DNA of 64,000 nucleotides from Octopus sinensis (taxonomy: Eukaryota), in assembly GCF_006345805.1 (NCBI RefSeq), contig NW_021835961.1:1-64000 (forward strand). Direction: 5' to 3'. Under the pieces are notes generated by a model that searched no databases, had not been told where the DNA came from, and saw nothing but the letters and a program-made list of their open reading frames with translations. Position 1 is the first letter of the stretch, and each line of letters begins with the position of its first letter. The translations under genes and the position numbers were made by a program. Positions 1 to 12,580 of the stretch are shown here, piece by piece.

Positions 1-2484
1 GTTGTGACCATTTCGCATTGCTTATGTTGCTAATTTCTTTGAGAAAGCATGAACATACTCTCACAGACCCCTTGTTGTAAATTTCAAAACCACCTGCCTA
101 TATAAAACATATTATTAAGCCATTAGTTATTTAGCTATAATTCTTAGTTATTTTTCCTACTTCTCTTGAATAATATTAAAATTATCAAATTCATTAGATG
201 TGCATTTTTCTTGCTGTTAGCCTCTGGTCAGTCATCACTGATTGAGCAGAACTGTCATCAAAAGTGTTCAAAGTCAATTTAGTAGTATATTACTCTTCAT
301 TGTGTCCCTTTTTTTAAGATGGTAGGTTATGATTTGAAGAAGATTTGACTGCTGAGTAACTGCACAGAGGTCCCCTTGTTAGCTCCTCTTTGTGTGCCAT
401 GTGTGAAGGACAGTGATAAAATCGCATGCCTATTTTTGTTTATATAGCACTAGCATAGGTAATGGTGGTAGTAGTAGTAGTAGCAGTAGCAGTAGCAGAA
501 GCAGCAGCAGCAGTAGTAGTAGTAGTAGTAGTTCCTTTAATCAATATTATGGATTGTTGGTTTTAGGTGGCAGATTATATAGCAAGACTCAGCACCTGCT
601 GGTATCAGTTGCATATGTAATGAAAATAAATTTCGTGCTTGCAAGTACAACTCGAAACGGATTTGAGCAGTAATTGTCATTGCTGTTATCATCACCATCA
701 TCATCATCATCATTGTTATTCTCCTTGTGTTATAGTGTGGGTTGCACAGGTCTGCAGAGTGGTTTACTCTGCCGCTGCTCTCTTGTCTTTGCTGATTTCT
801 TCAGTTTTCTCAAAACCTCATAGATCGCTCTTGACACCATAATTCTCTTTCTTTGATCTCTCTCGTCTCTCCTCTCTCATTTGTCGGTTCACTGCATCCA
901 TTTTCTCCCTTCAGTCCTTCTCCTCTTTCTCATCCATTATCATCAGATCTCCATGTCAGTCCTCTATTCTATAAGCAACCTCTTCTATTACTGATTCAAA
1001 GGTTTAATGGGTGTTGCCTCACATACCTCAAATCGTATTTTATGTTGGGAACAATGTTAACGTTTATACATTATCATTTAATTTTACTTTCTATCTTTTA
1101 ATCCTTTTGTTTCTTTTGGGTAGCTTATGTCTTATCTTACTGACTATATTTTATACTTGAGGGATTAACCATGACAAAATTTCAAATATGAATGTCTGTA
1201 CACTTCCTGTAAAGTTGAAGAAAGTATTTTCAGAAATACTACAGAAACCACATCAATCAATCGGATATTGTGAACAACTTCCAGAACTAAATTACCCTTG
1301 TTCCACCTTAACCCACTGTCAATTTTTTTAAATCAAGAATTATAATGAAGATGTATTCTTTTTTCATCTTCTTCTGGCTCGTAGTTGATACAGAATCAAC
1401 GTTGGCTCCTGTACAAAAAGGAGACACTTACAATTATATTGCTAAACGGTTTTACATCAAGAATTAAACTTAAAGAACCACTCTTCATCAAAAAGATGAT
1501 CAAAAACAAAACAAAACAAAAAAATGAAATGAAAAGCACCTTTGAATTGAATTTCCAAAGGTTTTAGATACCTGAAAATGACATTGAAAATTCTGAAGAT
1601 CAGGCAATCTGGAAGATTTAACAGATTCCTCTAAAAATTATTTTTTTCTTGAATTATTAAAAAATTATACTGACCAAAATTGCTGTCAAATAATTCCACT
1701 AATAGGTGATTATAATTTCTTTTAAATTATTATTATGTTTTTTTTTTTTTACTTCCTTAATAATTTGATGATTGAACTGGCTTTAAATGTTCTTTGCATG
1801 GTCTCAAATATCTTAAGTCTATTGTTATTTCTTGTTTCTGCTGATCTGAATGGAATTTTGCAGGAAACATGCAAATGTCTTCCAAATATATGTTTCAAAA
1901 ATAAAACTTGAAAAAAGAAAGACAGAAATAAATTGCAGATCCTTAGAAATTTTATTTTAAATATTTCTTATTTTATTTCATCTGAATTTTCTTATTTTCA
2001 TTTCAATAATTTAAATTCAAAAGCTGACATTTTTATTACCAATTTTGTATATTTTTCAAATATATTTATTGATTTCAAGTTATTTATTTTATTGAAAAAA
2101 CAAAAAAAAAAAGCGTTTTAGTCAAAAATGTAATTTGAGCTCAAAATCGTATTTTATTTTGAGCTATAACTGTGCATTCTTTAATTAACTGCTGTTGAAG
2201 TAATGTAATTTGGTGCTTAAAGGATTATGCAATCAGCAAAGTATTTTTGGAAGAGTAAATTGATATAAAGCAGTTTCTTCTGTAGAGAAAACCCTTCTTG
2301 AAATCTTCATTGCTGTATGACGTGATGTGATACTGCTTTGGAAACAAACATACGTTTAAATGCGTTTATTCACTCAGAAGATCTGTTCAAATTTTTTCGT
2401 CTATTACAAAGTTGTTGTTATATAACTAAATGGTCATCATAAATGTTATTGATATTAATAATTATTATAAGACAAAAAAAGAAA

Positions 2485-4038
2485 GGTGATGAGCTGACAA
2501 AATCATTAGCACACCAGACAAAATGCTTAGCAACATTTCATCTGTCTTTATGTTTTGAGTTTAAATTCTGCCAAGGTTTTACTTTGCCTTTCATTTTTAA
2601 GGGTCAATAAGATAAGTACCAGTTGAGTACTGGGGCCGATGTAATTGACTAGTTTTCTTCCCCAAAAATTCAGGCCTTGTGTTTATAGTAGAAAAGATGA
2701 TTCTATCGCAAAATCAGTTGAGTGCTAGACTAAATAAAATGCCTTACAGCATTTGGTTTTGTCCATTTATGTTCAGAGTTCAAATGTCACCTCTGCCTTT
2801 CAGCCTTCAGCTTGAGGTGGACAAACTAGTGGGGAAGTAGATAACATAAACATCAATCAAATACTAGGGTGAGGTGATTTAATCAACTTTAACTTTCCTC
2901 AAAATTTGTGATCCTCTGTCTAGATTAGAAATAATTACTAGCAGAATTAGTGTCAACAAAAATGCCTTGCACTATTTGTCCTGGCTTCTTACATTTTCAG
3001 TTGAAATCTCAGCAAAGCAACCTTTACTTCTATTCTTTAACCTTTTCGTTACCAACCCAGCTGAAACTGGCTCTGGCTCTGTAGTACAAATGTCTTGTTT
3101 TCATAAGTTTTGAATTAAAATCTTCCACCAAATCTTAGTCACAGTTTATGTTCCTAACACTGGCTGAATGATAACTAAGTTATTTTACTAAATTCTTTGT
3201 TATATTTAAAGTAATTGAAAGAAACACAGAGCATCTCGAAATAAATACTGTAATGAAAGGGTTAAGATCAATGAAATAAAGTGCCAGTCAAATACTGGTA
3301 GGTCAGAATATCTGACTGTCCCTTTATCCCAAATGCCTCGCTTTGTTCCTATGTAAGAAATCTAATATTATCATTGGCAGAATCATTAGCATGCCAGACA
3401 AAATGCTTTGTGGCATTTCATCCATTCTTGTACATTCTAAGTTCAAATGCTGCCAAGGTCAACTTTGCCTTTCATCCTTTCAGGGTCGATAAAATAAGTA
3501 CCTGTCATGCATTAGTAGGGTTGTTGTAATCAACTAGCTCCCTCGCCCAAAATGTCAAGCTTTGTGCCTATAGTAAAAAGGATTATTCTTATTATTATCA
3601 TTATTATTATTATTATTGGCTGGCAGAATCATTAGGGCATTGCAAAAAATACTTAGTTGTATTTATGCGAGCTCATTACATTCTGAAGTTGACTTTGTCT
3701 TTCATTTTTTTCGAGGTCAATAAAACAAAATACCAATCAAATACTGGGGTCAGTGTAATCAACAAATGCTCTAACCCCTAAAATTGCTGGCCTTGTGGCA
3801 AAATTTGAAATCATCATTATTATTATTATTATTATTTGGCAGAATCATTAGCATGCGGGGCAAAATGCTTAGTGGTGTTTCACCCGTCGCTACATTCTGA
3901 GTTCAAATTCCACCGAGGTCAACTTTGCCTTTCATACTTTTGGGGTCGATAAATTAAGTACCAGTGAAACACTGGAATCTGTTTAATTGAGTAGTCCACT
4001 CCCTCTAAATTTCTGGCCTTGTGCCTTTAGTAGAAAGG

Positions 4039-4080
<42 letters not shown>

Positions 4081-5100
4081 TTTTTATTAGAGAGTGGTGA
4101 GTCTGTAGAGCTCTGAATAAAAATGCTTTGTGGCATTTTGCTGCATTCCCAGACTGAACTCAGATCCTGTTGGGTTAACTTTAATTTTCATCCTCTCAGG
4201 ATTGATAAAATTTATACCAGCTGAGTATTGGATCAATCAACATTATTGAACTCTCCTCACCAAAAGTTGGTGACTTAGTGCCTATGTTTGAAACAATTAC
4301 TATCATCATCATCATCATTATTATTATTATTATTATTATTATTTTTACTATTATCAAGACGGTGAGCTGGTAGGATCATTAGTACATCGGGAAAAATGCT
4401 TAGTGGTATTTTGCCTGTCTTTATGGTCTGAGTTCAAATTCTGCCGAGGTCAGCTTTGCCTTTCATTCTTTCAGGGTCGATTAAATAAGTACGAGTTACG
4501 TACTGGGGTCGATGTAATCAACTTAATCCCATCCCCCAAATTTGTGGCCTTGTACTTCCAGTAGAAAAAATTATTATTATTATTATTAAAGTGATGAACT
4601 GGTAGAATTGTTAGGAAGTTGGACAAAATGTTTTGTGACATTTCTTTCCGACTCTTTACATTCTGAGTTCAAATTCTGCCAAAGTTGACTTTGCCTTTCG
4701 TTCTTCCAGAATCGATAAAATTAGTACCAATTGAGTATTGGGGTCGATGTAATTGACTAACCCTTTCCCCTCCAGAATTTCAGGCCTTGTGCCTATAACA
4801 GAAAATAATATTATAGATTAATATTATTATTATTATTATTATTATTATCGTCATCATGGAGATGAGCTGGCAGAATCAGTAGCATGCTTTGCAGCATTTT
4901 GTACGTCTTTGCAGTCTGGGTTCAAATTCCACTGAGGTGGACTTTGCCTTTCAACCCTTTGGAGTTGATTAAAGAAGGACCAGTGGAACACTGGGGTTGA
5001 TCTAATCAACTTATCTCCTTCTCCGAAATTGCTGACCTTGTACCAAAATTTGAAGCCATTATTATTATTATCATTATTATTATTATTATTATTATTTGTA
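2485..5100 (+). mobile_element. Array of about 8-10 same-orientation copies of Octopus SINE family A (about 210 bp, GGCGGCGAGCTGGCAGAATC head, (ATT)n tail)
   Basis: Repeated unit GAGCTGGCAGAATCATTAG...GAGTTCAAATT (Pol III B-box-like)...GGCCTTGTGCC..GAAA followed by (ATT)n, at about 2485, 3375, 3617, 3835, 4092, 4358, 4590 and 4858, plus degenerate copies at about 2715 and 2945. Confidence 0.85.
3041..3261. mobile_element. piggyBac-type MITE (family 1)
   Basis: TTAA at 3037-3040 and 3262-3265; termini CCTTTTCGTTAC / GTAATGAAAGGG. Related copies at 47218-47439, with partial copies at about 22176, 31655-31850 and 34745-34920. Confidence 0.8.
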
Positions 5101-5859
5101 TAATATGAAAACAATTTCTTTGACTCTTATTGTATGTTGATGTCCCTGATATTTTACTGTACGTAATATGTATATCATCTTTAAAATGTACGTGTGCTTT
5201 TCTGAAAATGGTCAGTAATTAAAAGAAAAACGAAAAACAATCGTAAACGAAAAGGATGCTGGAAAAGAAAACTTTTTGAAAACCTTTCTTAGTTGGAAAA
5301 CTAAACTAAAAAAAAAATTGATGTTTTTGTTGTTGTTGTTTTGTTATTTTTCCTATATATTTTTTGTTGTTGTTATTTCATAATATATGTTTCTTTTTTT
5401 TTATTTTCGGTTAACTTCACACTATAGAAGAAAAAAAAAAACTATAACAATTATTATAAGTTATCTAAAATCAATATAGTAATTGGTTTGAAATCTTCAG
5501 GATTCTTGTATATGATGGCTACGAAATGTCTGTTAAAAGAAGATCGCATTTAATTTGTATTGCAGGAACTTCATTTACTACGTAAACACATTGCGATATT
5601 CTTTTCTGTTTATTTTTGTAAAAGTCACTTCCAGTGGCCGTTCTGATATCTCAACAGAATTTATTTGTCAATACTTGACAAACCTTTTAAAGGGAAATAA
5701 CTGTATATTATGTTTTCGGTTTCAAAATCTGTATATACCATACCATCTCAGATTCGTGTTAAATATCAAGCGCCTATTCTCATAAGTGCACAGATTTTTG
5801 TGGCTATCATATGTAAAATCACACACATACACAGGTGTTTGAATATTGTGTTTGTGTGT

Positions 5860-5871
5860 GTGTGTATTTAT

Positions 5872-5925
<54 letters not shown>

Positions 5926-6012
5926 GTGTATGTGTTTATTTATATAAATGCATATATGTGGCTGTCATATGTAAAATTATATACACACACACAGTTGTAT
6001 ATTATGTTTGTT

Positions 6013-6043
<31 letters not shown>

Positions 6044-6177
6044 ATATTTATGCATATAAATTTGTGTATGTGTTTATATATGTATATGCACATATGTATA
6101 TATACATATGCATTTATATATACACACTTATATACATACATGTGTATATGTATATAAATGTTTGTCTCTCTCTCTCT

Positions 6178-6234
<57 letters not shown>

Positions 6235-6290
6235 TATAAATGTGTGCATGTGTCTGAATAGACATGTATGTATAAGCATATGTATGTATG
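5860..6290. repeat. Compound (CA)n/(TA)n/(TATG)n/(TC)n microsatellite region
   Basis: Directly visible; source of the YIYIYI artefact ORFs. Confidence 0.95.
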
Positions 6291-7004
6291 CATATTTACA
6301 AGTTAAAGAAAAGATGGAGTGTTTTTGTTATTTTTTTTTTTATTATTTTTATTTAATCAGTCATATTTTCAATTATTTTTAATCTGGGAGAAGGAACATG
6401 TTATTAAACATTTTTTAATAGCATATTACAATCAATAAAATTTTCTCAAACAAAAAAACAAACAATTAAACATTAGTTTATGCATTCATATGTGTCATTT
6501 GTATTATTTCATATTAACGGTTTCTTTGAAAACTATTATGTATAATTTCATAAAAACCCAGAGACCAAGGCAATTAGAGGTTACTCGTTTGCATCTGCAA
6601 AATTGAATAACAAATTAGGTTAATCAGTTAGAGTTTATAACATTTCTATGCGAAAGGCAGATGCAAATTCTAACAGTTCAAAGTCCAAAAGTTGGATCCA
6701 GTTAAGTTGTAAAAAATATTCATATCTCCTCATTAGCTTACAAACTTATTTAAATTTACTAACTATAATAGAGTTGACAGGATTGCATACCTTTAAAAAT
6801 TGGATAGTTCTCAGGATTTCTTCATTGTTTGATAAGATACAAATATTTGTTTGGTTGGCTCTTTCAGATAAGTGGATTTGTCTCATGTTAGGGCCAGAAA
6901 TCATTAGTTAAAATATTTTGTTTTTGTAATTGGTTTGCAAGATTCTTGATGTGAACTTGTGTGTTGAAACAAATTTTGTTGCACTTTGGGATAATCATTG
7001 CAAC

Positions 7005-7317
7005 AATAACAAACACAAGCACCAGTTCAATTTCACTTCTTCATTATTAGTCAGTTTGTTTAGTTATTTAACCAACTAACTAATTGATTGCTTGCTTAAT
7101 CTCTTGGTTAATCAGTTGGTTATTTCTCAAAGTCCTTTAGTTGACATTCTTGACCTCATCAATGATATGCCTGCTCTCTACTCCAGAACTGCTTCAAGTC
7201 TGAAGATTTGAAGCAGACCCAGAGTAGAGAGTGATTAAGCATGCAATTGATTAGTTAAACTAACCAATTCACTTGTAATAAAGAAGTGAAATTGAACCAG
7301 TGCATGTGTTTATTATT
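7005..7317. mobile_element. Foldback/MITE-like element with about 95-bp imperfect inverted arms
   Basis: 7005-7104 (AAACACAAGCACCAGTTCAATTTCACTTCTT...GCTTAATCTCT) is the approximate reverse complement of 7228-7317 (AGAGTGATTAAGC...AAGAAGTGAAATTGAACCAGTGCATGTGTTT). Confidence 0.65.
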
Positions 7318-8606
7318 ATAATGACCCTCCCAAGACACAACAAAATATAAATAAAATGATTGTTTTACACTCATTTTGTATTTGTATCATATACTGTCTG
7401 GCATTCAAGCAGAGATTTCTTACAGTATGAGTTTTGTTGATTCTGCGTTTGTATTTAAAGAATATATATGTTATTAATTTTAACACAGAAAATATAGATG
7501 GTTCTGTGTTGAAAAATTGGAATTATAATATTCTTAAAACAGATGCTTTTGTCTGGATGAAGAACCAGTAATGTATTGTGAAGTACTAAAAGGTAAAATA
7601 GTTTGATTCCACACATCCTAAAATCACCAAATATAAAACTTTGAAACATGTACTGCTACTAATAAATAATTACATGATTTTGATTATTAGATGTGTGATC
7701 ATCCCTCCCCTACTAAATAGTAAACAAAAATAATCCTTAATAATGAAGAATTTAATTTGTTTTGGATAACATTTTTTTTTATTTGTTTTTCCAAAATCTG
7801 TAGCTATACGCACACTAACTTTCTGCATTAATTTTAATGAAATTTAATAACAACGGTAATAATAATAACAATATCAATAATACTGAGACTAATGAAAAAA
7901 ATACCATTCAGATCCAGCTTCTTTGTTTAACATTGTCACTGCACAGAATTGTTAGTGTTGTCAAAAATATTCTCCACAAATGTCTACTTCTATCTATATA
8001 TTCACTCTAACAAAATAGTGCGGCTAATTATCATCTCTAATTTTCTTTTTGTTGCTACTAAAAGCAATATTATTATTGCTCTCTAGGAAATATGGAAGTA
8101 TTTATGCTTTTCACTAAGCTTTATGTCTTCCATTTGTGTGTTCTTTTTGGTAAGGTTATTTACCAAAAGATTCCAGAAGGCTGTGTCTCTGTAGCTTCTA
8201 CACTGCATTTATCTAGTGACAAAAGCATTTGTGACTGCTTTAAAAAAAACCATTCCTCTTCACCATTTTTTTTTTTTGAGTACTCCACACCCCATTCCTT
8301 TGCTTCCAGCAAACGACTCCTTCATCACCTGCTCTTTCTTTTGTTACACTTCCTCTAAACTAATGTTTGAAACCCTATCTTCAGAAATATCCTGAGAGAA
8401 TAATGAAAAAAAAAATTGTGCATGAAAGTATTTCTTCAAACTGTCTTCTTTAATTAATGAAAGAAAAAAGAATATATTGCTGAATAAAATTTTTTTAAAA
8501 TGCATAGTTTTGTTGTTGTTATTTTTAATTTAAATGTATAATTTAATTAATTCAATAACCACTAAACTGCTAAATTAGGAACAAATTCCTAAACATTAAA
8601 TATCTA

Positions 8607-8771
8607 TAGGGCCATCTCAGCAACATCATAGGCCTTAGGTACACCAATGAACTGGACCCTCCAGTATTTATTTATTGGCAGCAAGCTACAGCATAAAGAT
8701 CAGAATTAGGCCCCTAGACTCTTGAGGGCCCTGGGCAACTGCCCAATGTGCCCATTCCTTAAGACAAACTG
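8607..8771. mobile_element. Degenerate hAT-type MITE
   Basis: Ends TAGGGCCATCTCAG / TTAAGACAAACTG resemble CAGGGCCGTCTTAA..TTAAGACGGCCCTG. Flanks AATATCTA (8599-8606) and AATGTCTA (8772-8779) match 7/8, consistent with an 8-bp TSD. Internal GGGCCCTGGGCAA motif. Confidence 0.6.
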
Positions 8772-9330
8772 AATGTCTAGTAAAATTATTTGTGATTGCA
8801 ATCTATTAACTTCATTCAGCTTTGGTGTTCTGTTTTCTTTCTTTTTATTTTTACATGCTTTTTTTTTTGTTTGGTGTGATTTCTAACCATATTCTGGTGT
8901 CTTGTTCCTGCATGTTTTTATAAAAAATACTTTATTTGGTTGGTTTAGGATACAGCCAGATAGAACATCTGTTCTTGTGCAGTAACTGATGTTGAATATT
9001 ATGACTCTTTTAACAATTGCAGTCAGAAGGCTGTGGCCATGCTGGGCTACCACCTTCAAAGAGAAGAAATGAAACAGACCTTCTGACAGGACTTGAGCTA
9101 CCCCACTGCACATACACATACAGAGAAAGAGAGTTTGCAGCAGAACCACATGATTGATTACAATACACAATTATAAATTTTACACAAGACTTGTCTATAA
9201 CATATAAAAATTTTGATATTAACTGAATTTGCTTTACTCACGCAACTCACTCGGATATCAACCTTCACAAATATGTATTTGACTAAATATGTATATGAAG
9301 TCATCATTATCATATTTATGTTCACTATTC

Positions 9331-9417
9331 TTTAAGGCCCTCATGCTTTCCGAAATCCGCCGAAACTACACCTGATTATATATACACTTTAGATGAGTTG
9401 TAGTGCACCTGAGCACT

Positions 9418-9452
<35 letters not shown>
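9331..9452 (+). mobile_element. Short 5'-truncated CR1/L2-type LINE 3' end
   Basis: ATGCTTTCCGAAATCCGCCGAAACTACACCTGA and GTGCACCTGAGCACTGTA+(ATT)n match the 3' end of the copy at 16160-16350. Confidence 0.7.
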
Positions 9453-9453
<1 letters not shown>

Positions 9454-9916
9454 CATACTTGCAGAGATCAGATGGAATTTATTGAGGCAAATTTTCTATG
9501 GCTGGAGTTCTTCTTGTCACCAAACCGTCACCTGTTTCCAAGTAAAGCAAGCAAGGTAATGTCTCCCCATGGTTGAACAGTGTTTCTCAGAAGATTGGAA
9601 ACAAATGACACTGTACAATACTCATTTACAATTATTGTGAAATGTCAAGACAAGAAGGCACAAGCATTCATGCACGCACACAGACACATAAGCACCGAGC
9701 ATACACACATATACATGTACACACACACATATGATGGGATTCTTTCAGTTTCTGTTAACCAAATCCTCTCACAAGTCTTTGATCAGCCTAGAGCTATAGT
9801 AAAAAGTCACATGCTCGAGTTGCCATGCAGTGAGTATGAACCTTAAAGCATCTGGTTGGGAAGCAAACTTTTAACCACATAGCCATGCCCTATAAGATAT
9901 AATTTTACTATTCAAA

Positions 9917-10395
9917 TCATCGTCATTTAACGTCCGCTTTCCATGCTAGCATGGGTTGGACGATTTGATTGAGGACTGGCAAATCAGATGGATGCACCAG
10001 GCTCCAATCTGATCTGGCAGAGTTTCTACAGCTGGATGCCCTTCCTAATGCCAACCACTCCAAGTGTGTAGTGGGTGCTTTTATGTGCCACCGGCACGAG
10101 GGCCAGTCAGGCGGTACTGGCAACGGCCACACTCAAATGGTGTTTTTTACGTGCCACGTGCACAGGAGCCAGTCCAGCAGCACTGGCAACGACCTTGCTC
10201 AAATGTTTCTTCACGTGCCAGCAAGGCAACGCTGGTAACGGTCATGCTCAAATGGTGCTTTTTATGTGCCACCGGCATGGAAGCCAGTTAGCTGCTCTGG
10301 CAACGATCATGCTAGGATGGTGGTCTTTGCGCTCCACTAGCACGGATGCCAGTCATCGAATTTGATTTCACTTGCCTCAACAGGTCTTCGCAAGC
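9917..10395 (-). mobile_element. RTE-like LINE/SINE 3' segment with internal ~60-bp tandem units and (GAT)n tail
   Basis: The minus strand ends GCATGGAAAGCGGACGTTAAATGACGATGAT. The same family occurs at 22240-22585(+), 33500-33700(-), 40075-40270(+), 46486-46825(+), 50045-50265(-) and 57856-58180(-). The RTE assignment is inferred from the tail type only. Confidence 0.65.
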
Positions 10396-12198
10396 ACATA
10401 CATATTTAAATTAGTTACAGAAATGTCAGTGCATTAAGTAGTAGTCTAACTAGAGGAAGAACAAGAGGGCAGTCCATCATAGGCAATGCCTTTATTGGGT
10501 GGCACTTGTGGGTCAGCTGTATTGCTGGGGACATGAAGGCCTTGGACAACACACACACAGATTACGCCAATGTGAACAGGATGCATTGCAGTATTTCTTC
10601 TGGCTGTCTATACTCTGAGTTCCAATCCTACTGAAGTTAGGTTTTACCCTTGTCATCCTTTTAGGGCCCTGTAAATAACATATTAGCCAAATGCTGGTTC
10701 AGCCCTCTACACTGATCTCTCTCAAGCTCTCATATACTAAATGTTGCTCCCTTGTTCAAGGTATAAGGATATCACTTTTTAAAAATTGAAATTATCAAAT
10801 TAGGCAATAGCATGGATAAAAAATTGACTCAGAATCCAACAGAGAAAAAGCATTTTGATTGTTAAACACAAAAATTATCCAGTTATTTTAAAGGCAACCT
10901 CAATTACAATTGAGTCAAAGCTGAGAAAAAAAAAGTACGTGTCACTTGATTATGTTTCAAACTCTCTCAACTTCAACAACAAAAACAATGCTGACCAATT
11001 TTTACTCTCAAAGATGATGCAACAGGTAAAATGATGATGGAATAGTTTCAAACACATAGGGAGAAAATAGAAAAATCAGAAATAGCTCATTTCCCCATTT
11101 ATCAACTTTGCCTCCTGACCGTATCTATCTGCCAAACTACTAAGTTACTGGGACATAAACAGACCAGCAGAGGTAAAGAATATGCACTGCACACCACCCA
11201 TTTTTGGCATAAACCTAACCCTAAACCCTAAATCATAACTTTAACCCTAAACACCGGGTGTATGTATTCTTTACCTAAGTGGAGGCTGGAGGTAAGGAAT
11301 ATGCCCACCACCCGTTTTCGGCGTATCCTGAACCCTAAACTTAACCCTAATCACCGGGTGTGTGTATTCTTTACTTTCACCAACAGACCAACACCAGTTG
11401 TCAGGTGAGGTAGGGGTTGGGGTACAAACAAAAAGACACCAATAGAATAAAAGCCAAGTCATACAATTAAAGCACTGGGGTTGATTTGTTTCACGAAATC
11501 CTCCAAGGCGGTGCCCCCACCATGACTGCATTCCAAAGTCTGAAACAAGTAAAAGGTAAGAGCTGTCCCCATCAAAGCGTTGACCTGCCCGGGCAACCCC
11601 CCACCTCCTTCATCAACCAGTTATGCTACTGATTTGGTTATAGGCCAGCTCAATCAGGAATGACAATAGGTGAAATAATTCTTTCTACAACAGGAACAAG
11701 GTCTGAAATTTGAGGAGAAAGGATTGGATGAGTACATAAACTCCATTACTTAAATGGTACTCATATTATCGTCCCTGAAAGATGAAAGATACAGTCGAAC
11801 TTGGTGGAATTTGAACACAGAACATAAAGATTGACGAAATGCTGTTAAATGCTTTGTCCCGTTTGGTAATGACTATGCCAGATTGCTATCTTGGGTCAAA
11901 AAGGATAGGCATAAAAAAAAAATGTGAAAATGAATTCTAAATAAGTTACACCTTTTCAAAGAAACCTCCTTCATTTTAATCTAATGAATTGTTAACTTCC
12001 GGTTTTGCTTGCCAGTCGAAATGAAGTGAGGGTTTTCACTGTTATTTATCTCATATTAAACTTTACACCCAATTTCCTTCTCACTAATATAATTGCTTAT
12101 CTTGCAATACCAAACAAAAGTGAAGTGCTGATAAAAGATTATATTTATTTATTTATTTATTTATTTTTCAGCAAAGTTATGGAGATAATTTCAATACT

Positions 12199-12579
12199 GG
12201 GATCTTTTCGGTTTGAACGGCAGTTTTTAACCTAATTTCTAGGTAACTAAAAAATCTTAAACTTCGTATACTGATAGAATGTGTTTATAAAACATCTTTT
12301 TCTCTTGACTTTATTGAGAAAATTCTATGGTTTGTAAGATATTTGTTGTTTTTTTTTCTTCAATTTCTGCAATTTCAACCAATCACTGACGTCTATTGAG
12401 GTAAAAAAAAACATTCTGTGCCGTATGAATATATCCCTCGTTTAAGAAACAGATTGGGTTTATTTACATTTGTGAAGAAAAAAGATACCCTTCCCCCCAC
12501 CCCTATCCCTAACCCTAGTCATAATTGTGGGTGACAATTTCATATGACACCACTAGAAAAATCTGCCGTTCAAACTGAA
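12199..12579. mobile_element. MITE-like element with ~20-bp inverted ends and internal telomere-like CCCTAA repeats
   Basis: TCGGTTTGAACGGCAGTTTT (12208-12227) versus AAAATCTGCCGTTCAAACTGA (12558-12578); CCCTATCCCTAACCCTAG at about 12501-12518. The right end abuts the next element. Confidence 0.55.
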
Positions 12580-12580
12580 G

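Noticed and set aside
413-1101. Poly-Ser and poly-His ORFs and a purine-rich minus-strand stretch
   Set aside because: Simple repeats (AGT/AGC, CAT) and low complexity; all minus frames contain stops.
5710-6382. Long ORFs of YIYIYI/VCVC type, also at 53695-54372 and many shorter ones
   Set aside because: Translations of (TA)n/(CA)n microsatellites, which lack stop codons in several frames.
8087-8149. AG/GT-bounded 63-nt segment that could encode a signal peptide (MEVFMLFTKLYVFHLCVLFG)
   Set aside because: No homology and no convincing partner exons; such segments arise by chance in AT-rich DNA.
10075-10330. Regularly spaced ~60-bp repeats resembling a CRISPR-like array
   Set aside because: These are contiguous tandem units of a dispersed retroelement family with no unique spacers and no cas genes, in a eukaryotic context.
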